A stretch of DNA of 64,000 nt from the human T2T-CHM13v2.0 reference genome, Homo sapiens. Every line of letters starts with the position of its first letter. Positions within the stretch are counted from its first letter, which is position 1. Under the pieces are notes generated by a model. That model did not search any database. It was not told the origin of the DNA and was given only the letters and a program-made list of their open reading frames with translations. Of this stretch, positions 55,845 through 64,000 are shown in pieces. Position numbers and translations under genes: made by a program. The stretch lies in the NCBI RefSeq assembly GCF_009914755.1, contig NC_060932.1. One strand, written 5' to 3'.

Positions 55845-55858
55845 GTAACCATAGCAAC
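55845..55858. promoter_or_regulatory. Candidate RFX X-box
   Basis: GTAACCATAGCAAC fits GTNRCC-N2-RGYAAC exactly; binding is not shown. Confidence 0.4.
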
Positions 55859-56099
55859 ATCAAACTTCCCCACTTGAATGTATGTCCTTCATTTTAGGCC
55901 TGTGTCAAGCCTGGGGTCCTTTGTTGATCCAGGACCCCAGAGTGTGATAATAGACTTCTTGTCAGTATGGCATCTGGGGTTTTCACTTAGTTTTTCTGAA
56001 TTTACAAAATTTAAAATGGGCCACAATTTATACCATACACAAAGCAAGAGTCCAAGCTCTTATTCTGTATGCATGACAGCATTTAGGATGATAGCTTCA

Positions 56100-56830
56100 T
56101 TTCTGTGGGATCAGTCTTTTAAATGTCTCCTGAACACATCCATATCACTCCATTTTCATCTGCCAGGCTAGCCTGAGACACCATCATCTCTCACATGCGT
56201 CCTTGCAACAACCTTTCTCACAGAGTCTCCTGCTTTTTACTTTTGCATTCCTCCAATCCATTCTCAATACGGGAGCACTCATTTTGAAACAAAATTCCAA
56301 CCACACCACCCCTTCACTTTGAATTCTTTAACGTTGTCTCATTGGTCTTTGTATAAAGACAGAAATTGACAGTCCTCAGCCTTATCTAGCCCTTGCCTGC
56401 CCCTGAGCTCAGCTGATACCCCACCCATGCTCCGGGCTCCGGCCACACTGGCCTTTCAGTTTCTCTGGGCATCTCCTGGGCTCTTCCCCTATAGGAGCCA
56501 GGCACATGCCTGTTCTCTCTGTTTGGAGCATTCCTGCGTGGGAGAAAATTCAATCCTAATCATCCTTCAGATCTCAGATCAAATGTCAGGGGTGTTTTCT
56601 GAGAATCTTCTTGGCCACGTCCACACTCTCAGGCAGGGTTAAACTGCAGCATGACTTGCTCCCATTGCCTTTTACATCATAGCACTTCTTACAGTTTTCA
56701 AATGTAGATCAGCTTTTATGTTTTTCCTCCAATGACTGTCTTGCTGATAAATATTACACTTTATGAGGGCAGGGCTTGTTTTGTCTTTTTTAATCAGGAA
56801 TTTGCCTTGTAGATATATTTGTGAAATTAG
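56100..56830 (+). mobile_element. L2 LINE fragment
   Basis: caccatcatctctcac..tgcaacaacc, cctccaatccattctc, ccacactggcctt, catccttcagatctcag, atgagggcaggg. Confidence 0.75.
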
Positions 56831-57489
56831 GCCAGATTTTACATAACTATAAAAACTTAAAACTGGTATTAGGGATAGAAGAGGGATGTAAAATAGGAGT
56901 AAGGAAAAAGGTAATTTTGTGATGACACATTGGGAAATATGAAGCCAAATAAGAGCAAATGAAGCTCGTGACAGAGCAGTTCTTTGTTGGGTTCACCACG
57001 TGTGCAGCTAAGACACGGCTGCTGATAATTACTGAGATAGGATCAGGGAGGTGGAAGACAAGGGCAATAACCTGTGGTTTTAAGAAGTTAAATTCAGGAG
57101 ATAGGAAGTAGATCCCCAAGGCATGAAGTGGGTCCTCAAGGCAGGAGACAACTCTCAGGTCATAAAATCAGACCAGATGCAATGGTATTATAAAATAACT
57201 GCACATATAATTGATAATAAAGAAACAATAAACTGAACAATTAAAACCACAGATGAAGATACAAATAATTCTCATTCCATAGTACGTATAAATGAAAATT
57301 AATATTACTGAACACAGAATTACTAATCATGCTAACATAAAATAATACATAAAGTATTGACATTTTACTTAGTATAACATTTTTATTGTTTTGTTTCCAG
57401 AAACAATTATTTATGAGAACTTTCATATATATCTCCTGACTTCAGTTCCATTCACCCTTCCTTTTTAAATCAGGTCTTAAATCTTACAA

Positions 57490-58015
57490 CTGGGATTGTC
57501 CTCTTATTTTCAAGGAATAAAACGCCAGCAGTGTGGAATATAGCAGCCCCAGTCCATGGCCTGTCAATATCCCTCCCAGCCTTACTGCTGTAGGTGTACT
57601 GGCCCACAGCCAACTGTCAGCTTCTGTGCTTCTTTGCCTGAGGGCCTTCTCTGAGCTCCTGCTGCCCTGCCAGGGAAGGCAGGAATTACCAGACAATTAC
57701 CTCCTCCTTCTCAACCCCTAGCAGCTCTCAGCCAATGACTGATAAGAGCCACGGTATAAATACACCAGCGTCCTCACTCTGTGGTGGGGATAACTCTGAG
57801 GCTCATGTTCTACACTGGCTCCCCAGGTTGCCCAGTGGGAATAAGTCCCAATTATTCACAGTGGAAATTTGCTGGTAACTTACCCACTACTGGATGCTTT
57901 TGCTTTCCCTGTTTCATTTTCCCTACTGCTGTTTCCTAGTATCACCTCTAAAACAAGCTACTTACATTCACTTATTTGTCTGAGGAGCTCCTCCTGGGGG
58001 AATCCAAACTAAGAC
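57490..58015 (+). mobile_element. LTR16-family (ERVL) solo LTR
   Basis: ctcagccaatgactg...ggtataaatacaccagc...ggggataactctgaggc..gttctacactggctccc...ctgggggaatccaaactaagac. Confidence 0.82.
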
Positions 58016-58899
58016 CTCCAAGAAATAACGTGGAAACATAGAAACATAGAAACTTCTGTTTCCGTGTTATTCATCCATACTATAGTGGTGGTTTTGCGTG
58101 CCCTTCTCCTTAATTTAAATTACTCATGGAAAGAGAGTTTTTGCATTTCTAACACTCACATCCAACATCTAGAGTAATGTATACAATAATGTTCTATGAA
58201 ATTGTGAAATAATAATAGTATTAATATAAGTTGCATAATAGTTTGTGGACACCATTTTAAGAGCTTTTCAGATATTAACTCATTTATTCCTTGCAATAAT
58301 CCTACGAGGAAATGCACTGGCCCAAACACACCCACTTTAAGTAAAAGTGAGTCAAACTTTACCCAACTTTATCTGAGCCTTTCTAATGATCAGTGGTAGA
58401 AACAAGAAAGAAGTAGCAGTCACTGATACAGTGTCAGGATCTAAGAGTCCCTGAACTATGGGATGGAGTCTCTTTTTTCTGCATTGGGATGCATTTCGGT
58501 TTTGAATTAACATAGTGACAATCATTATGTGTGAAGTAAGTATGCCCACGGAAACTGCTGATTTTCAGGTGTCTCTGTTTTCATATCTCCTTAGTCACAT
58601 AGCTGGAGAGTCCATGTTAGTTTTCATTTTCCAATTTTTACTGGAGTTGTGACTCATAAATCTATAATTTACAGGTAAATTTTTAACAAGCAATCTACAC
58701 AGAACAGGTATATCCTCCCAAAAGCCTTGCTAGATACTTAGAAGAGAATAGACCCTAACAATCCCTCTTATTGTCTTCCAACTATTAAAAAAAACTTATC
58801 TGTATGTTTTATAGTCAGGGAAGAATTGTCTGAAGCATCCTTGAAGGAGAGATAAGCTGAGTTACAGACTTGCTGTTAATTCCTTTCTTCCCAGGTAAT

Positions 58900-59045
58900 T
58901 GCAGGTATCATCACCCGTATTTTACAAATGAGTAAACTGAGATTCAAAGAAGTGAAATGACTTGCTCAAGATCACACAGCTTGTGAGTGGTGATTTTGGA
59001 AATGAAACTAGACCTGTGGCCTTTAAAATACACACTTTCAACCAC
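58900..59045 (-). mobile_element. MIR
   Basis: attttacaaatgagtaaactgagattcaaagaagtgaaatgacttgctcaagatcacacagc. Confidence 0.85.
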
Positions 59046-59057
59046 TCTAGGAGATAG

Positions 59058-59378
<321 letters not shown>

Positions 59379-61694
59379 TAAGCCATTTATTCTGTTTTTT
59401 TCTCAGGTTTTTCCTCATTTCTATTATCTGACAAAACCAGGAAGAAGAAAAATTTTTACTCAACATTAAAGTGTAGTGGTGATTTTAACTTTCAGATTAG
59501 AGAAAAATAAGTGAAGAGACACAGTGTTGTGCAAACAAACCCTTTGATAGGGCAATCTATTGCAGATGCCATTTTGCAGAGTACAGTAAAGAAAGGCAAA
59601 CCTAATTGCAATCATCACAAAAATCTGCCATTTCTATAGTTCAAGAAGACTGTACTTAGAGTCAGGAATATGAGCAAATGCAGACAGAGACTGAGAATTT
59701 TCTTAAGCCAATAATAAAAATCTCGTTACGTGGAAGTGACTATTTTATCACAAATGGTACAGAATACATTGGCATGGCCAAAAAAAAGGGGGGTGGAGAA
59801 ATTCCTCTAGTAGAAATGTTTCCTTTAGCCATACCTTGGGAAAGGGTTTTATAATCACTTAGTGGAAAGATGATTAACTTGAGAATCTCATTTATAGAAG
59901 TTTCTATTTGATATACTGGTATCATCTTAAAGCCAATTGTAGTAAATTATATGTATTCCTTACTTTAAAGTGGGAAAATAATATTTTGTTTCTTTGAATT
60001 TCAGTGTAAACACATTTATTCATGTATTGGTTTTGATAAATATCTGTTCTCCAAATAACAAGTGCAATAAACATTCTGGTAACCAAAATTGTTAACCCAT
60101 GTAAGCAGTATATTTACAGTATAATTTTAAGCAAACCTCATTCTTGGCTGGTCCACTATAGTATTATTTGTAATGCCATTTTAATAGGTGGCACTCAGTG
60201 GATTTTTCTTGAAGGGAAGAATTGCTTTACCAATATCTTTTTAGATTTACCCTACTAAGCATCCTGCCCCAGAAAAAAATATATGATTTTATGAAGGATG
60301 ATCCTGATGGGAAATTAAAACAGTCACAGATGTCTCAATTATATTTATATTCTTTCCTCACAAACAAACCCTGCTGAAAACCAGAATTTTTATCCCTTCA
60401 CTAAGAATCTAAGAAGTAAAAATTTACATTTGCCATTTCACCTCCATGTCACCTTCCTGGGCTTTGATGTAATGCAACAAAATGATGGCTCCTATTTAAT
60501 TAAACAGAAATCTGGATTAACTCCAGCTGTGAGCCATGTAATCAGTCCTTGTGTGAGCAAAAAGGGGTGTAATCCTTGGCCCATAGATCATTCCTGCATC
60601 GAAATCTGCTCTCACTCAAAGCCATCCGCAGGCCACCGAAAATGATTTTTTTCCCAAACGAATTACTTAGAATGTGCAGCTGCCCCCTGTTCCCACCTTA
60701 TGAAAATAACCTGAAAGGCTAAAAGAGCTTGATTTGTCCTTTTCCCGTAAGTATTTTTTAATCAAAAGAGGCCCTGCCCTGCCCTGCCCTGCCTGTTGAT
60801 ACATCTAGAATTTCTTTGTTTGCTGTTAAGAAGCACTATAGATGTGGTTTGCTGTTTAATGCAGGGTTTTTTTTTCATATGCATCTCTCCAGATGGGTGT
60901 AATTTGATTCTTTGATACATATTGAACAGATTTTTTAGAAACAGTTTTTTTAGAGGCAGATTTTTGTTGCAATATGACTTCATCTTTCTTCCAAAAGGAA
61001 ATATCTTGATCTTTCTGAATTGTGAATGGGTTTGCTCATAAAACCCAAACTTTTAATACAAAAGGCCAGAAGAGCCTTTCTGTTACAGATTCAGGCCAAT
61101 TAAAATCCATGATAAGGGTAGGGAAGTGTCTGTTTTGCTGGGGCTGATAAGGGTGGACAAAGACTCCTCAATGTGGGGGAGATTGCCAACAAGGAGGTAA
61201 AAATAAAGTCCCCAGATCTACTCTGAGTAAGAAGTGAGTAAATATGAACAAACAGGGTGGCTCAATTATGTCTAGCTTAGAAGAGGATGAGCAAAACCCA
61301 CATATGTCCTCATTGTTTCTACTGAGAATGGATGAAAGGGTATCATCTTCTTGCTAGAAAGAGGGAGGGAATGGGCAAAAAAGGATCCAAAGATATCTTG
61401 GATTTATACAATTATTCCTGATAGCATCTTTTGGAAAAATTAATCAAAGTATCAGGCTTTCTCCAGCATGCTTCTGGTACATAGAGTCAGGCAAACCAAG
61501 TCAAAATTTCCATTACTCCACAGAAGGTTTTGCAGCTCTTAGTATTTTGAAGCTTTAGGCACTGAGCATGCAGATGGATTTGGTTCTCTGAAAATAAATA
61601 AAAAGTCCAACTGCCTGGGATTCTTCTCTAATTGCTGAAACTCACCTGCCAAAGCAAATTGAAACTTCAAAGGCCAGCACTTTGAGTAACAGGG

Positions 61695-63959
61695 TGTATT
61701 AGTCTATTTTCACACTGCTGATAAAGACATACCCAAGACTGGAAAGAAAAATAGGTTTAATGGACTTACAGTTCCAAGTGACTGGGGAGGTCTCACAATC
61801 GTGGCAGAAGGTGAAAGGCACTTCTTACATGGTGACAGCAAGAGAGAATGAGAGAGAAGTGAAAGTGGAAACCCCTTATAAAACCATCAGATCTCATGAG
61901 ACTTATTCACTACCACAAGAATAGTATGGGGAAAATCGCCCCCATGATTCAATTATCTCCCACTGGGTCCCTCCCATAACATGTGGGAATTATGGGAATA
62001 CAATTCAAGATGAGATTTGGGTGGGAACTCAGAGCCAAACCATATCATTTCACCCTTGGCCCCTGCCAAATCTCATGTCCTGACATTTCAAAACCAATCA
62101 TATCTTCCCAACAGTCCCTCAAAGTCTTAACTCTTTTCAACATTAGCACAAAAGTTCACAGTCCAAAGTCTTATCTGAGACAAGGCAAGACCCTTCCACT
62201 TATGAGCCTGTAAAATCAAAAACAAGTTAGTTACTTCCTAGATACAATGGGGGTACAGGCATTGGGTAAATACAGGCATTGGGTAAATGGGAGAAATTGG
62301 CCAAAACAAAGGGGCTACAGGCCCCATGCAAGTCCAGAATCTAGTGGGGCAGTCAAATCTTAAAGTTCCAAAATGATCTTCTTTGACTCCATGTGTCACA
62401 TCCAGGTCACACTGATGCAAGAGGTGGGTTCCCATGGTCTGGGGCAGCCCTGCCCTTTGGCTTTGCAGGGTACGGCCTCCCTCCCAGCTGCTTTCATGGG
62501 CTGGCATTGAGTGTCTGCAGCTTTTTCAGGTGCACGGTGCAAGCTGTCAGTGGATCTACCATTCTGGGGTTTGGAGGATGGGTAACCCTCTTCTCACAGT
62601 TCCACTAGGCAGTGCTCCAGTAGAGACTCTGTGCAGAGGCTCCGACCCCACATCTCTCTTCCACACTGCCCCAGCAGAGGTTCTCCATTAGGACCCCGCC
62701 CCTGCAGCAAACTTCTGCCTGGACATCCAGGCATTTCCATACATCCTCTGAAATCTAGGTGGAAGTTCCCAAACCCCAATTCTTGACTTCTGTGTACCTG
62801 CAGCCTCAACATCACATGGAAGCTGCCAAGGCTTGGGGCTTGCACCCTCTGAAGCCACGGCTCAAGCTCTACATTGGACCCTTTCAGCCACAGCTGGAAT
62901 AGCTGGGATTCAGGGCACCATGTCCCTAGGCTGCACACAGCAGGGAAACCCTGAGCTCAGCCCATTAAATCAATTTTTCCTCCTAGCGCTATGGCCCTGT
63001 GATAAGAGGGACTGTCCCGAAGGCCTCTGACATGCCCTGCAGACATTTTCCCCATTGTCTTGGGGATTAACATTGGCTCCTCATTACTTATGCAAATTTC
63101 TATAGCCAGCTTGAATTTCCCCTCAGAAAATGGGATTTTCTTTTCTATCGCATAGTCAGGCTGCAAATTTTCTGAATTTTTATGCTCTGCTTCCCTTATA
63201 AAACTTAATGCCTATAACAGCACCCAAGTCACCTCTTGAATGCTTTGCTGCTTAGAAATTTCTTCCACTGGATACCCTAAATCATCTCTCTCAACTTCAA
63301 AGTTCCACAAATCTCTAGGGCAGGGGCAAAATGCTGCCAGTCTCTTTGCTAAAACATAACAAGAGTCACCTTTGCTCTAGTTCCCAACAAGTTCCTCATC
63401 TCTATCTGAGACCACCTCAGCCTGGACTTTATTGTCCATATCACTATCAGCATTTTGGGCAAAGCCATTCAACAAGTCTCTAGGAAGTTCCAAACCTTCC
63501 CACATTTTCCTGTCTTCTGAGCCCTCCAAATTGTTCCAACCTCTGCCTGTTACCCAGTTCCAAAGTCACTTCCACATTTTCGGGTATCTTTTCAGCCGCA
63601 CTCCACTCTGCTGGTACCAATCTACTTATTTGTCCATTTTTATGCTGCTGATAAAGACATACCTGACACTAGTAAGAAAAATAGGTTTAATAAACTCGCA
63701 GTTCCATGTGGCTGGGGAGGCCTCACAATCATGATGGAAAGCAAAAGGCAGAAAGAAAGAATGAGAGAGAAGTGAAAGCAGAAACCCCTTATAAAACCAT
63801 CAGATCTCATGAGACTTATTAACTACCATGAGAGCAGTATGGGGGAAATTGTCCCCATGATTCAATTATCACCCTCCAAGTCCCTCCCACAACATGTGGG
63901 CATTATGGGAGTACAATTCAAGATGAGATTTGGTGGGGACACAAAGCCAAACCATATTA
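61695..63959 (-). mobile_element. Complete THE1 (THE1C-like) MaLR provirus: LTR 61695-62047, internal 62048-63625, LTR 63626-63959
   Basis: Two homologous LTRs (tgtattagtc...gctgataaagacatacc...aaaccatatca/ta) flank a THE1-int sequence (cccctgccaaatctcatgtcc...ctggtaccaa); TSD CAGGG at 61690-61694 and 63960-63964. Confidence 0.97.
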
Positions 63960-64000
63960 CAGGGAGTCTGCTTCAAAGTAAAGCCAATACTACTCCTTAA

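Noticed and set aside
58875-58900. Recursive-splice-like site tcctttcttcccag|gtaatt
   Set aside because: The donor deviates from GTAAG, and such matches are expected by chance without transcript data.
63708-63720. Possible PRDM9 hotspot motif in the THE1 LTR
   Set aside because: The minus strand reads CCTCCCCAGCCAC, lacking the T at position 7 of CCNCCNTNNCCNC; the other LTRs match less well.

Overview
AT-rich, CpG-depleted primate (most likely human) non-coding DNA, either intergenic or deep intronic. I find no credible protein-coding exon, RNA gene or CpG island, and the supplied ORFs are Alu-, L1-, LTR- or microsatellite-derived or chance ORFs. The window is dominated by interspersed repeats. 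These include about 16 Alu/FLAM/FRAM copies, many with visible target-site duplications (TSDs), and a young 5'-truncated L1PA with a perfect 18-bp TSD. There is also an old L1MA with a twin-priming 5' inversion, a ~2.3-kb Tigger2 transposase relic, a complete THE1 provirus, solo LTRs, an ERV integrase remnant, a MER53 palindrome, and L2/MIR fossils. The most unusual feature is a ~136-bp copy of sequence from 47773-47909 inserted into an Alu 2 kb downstream with junction microhomology, which looks like an old templated-insertion repair scar. I do not see evidence for a new multi-gene biological system. All repeat family names come from recalled consensus sequences and need RepeatMasker/Dfam confirmation.
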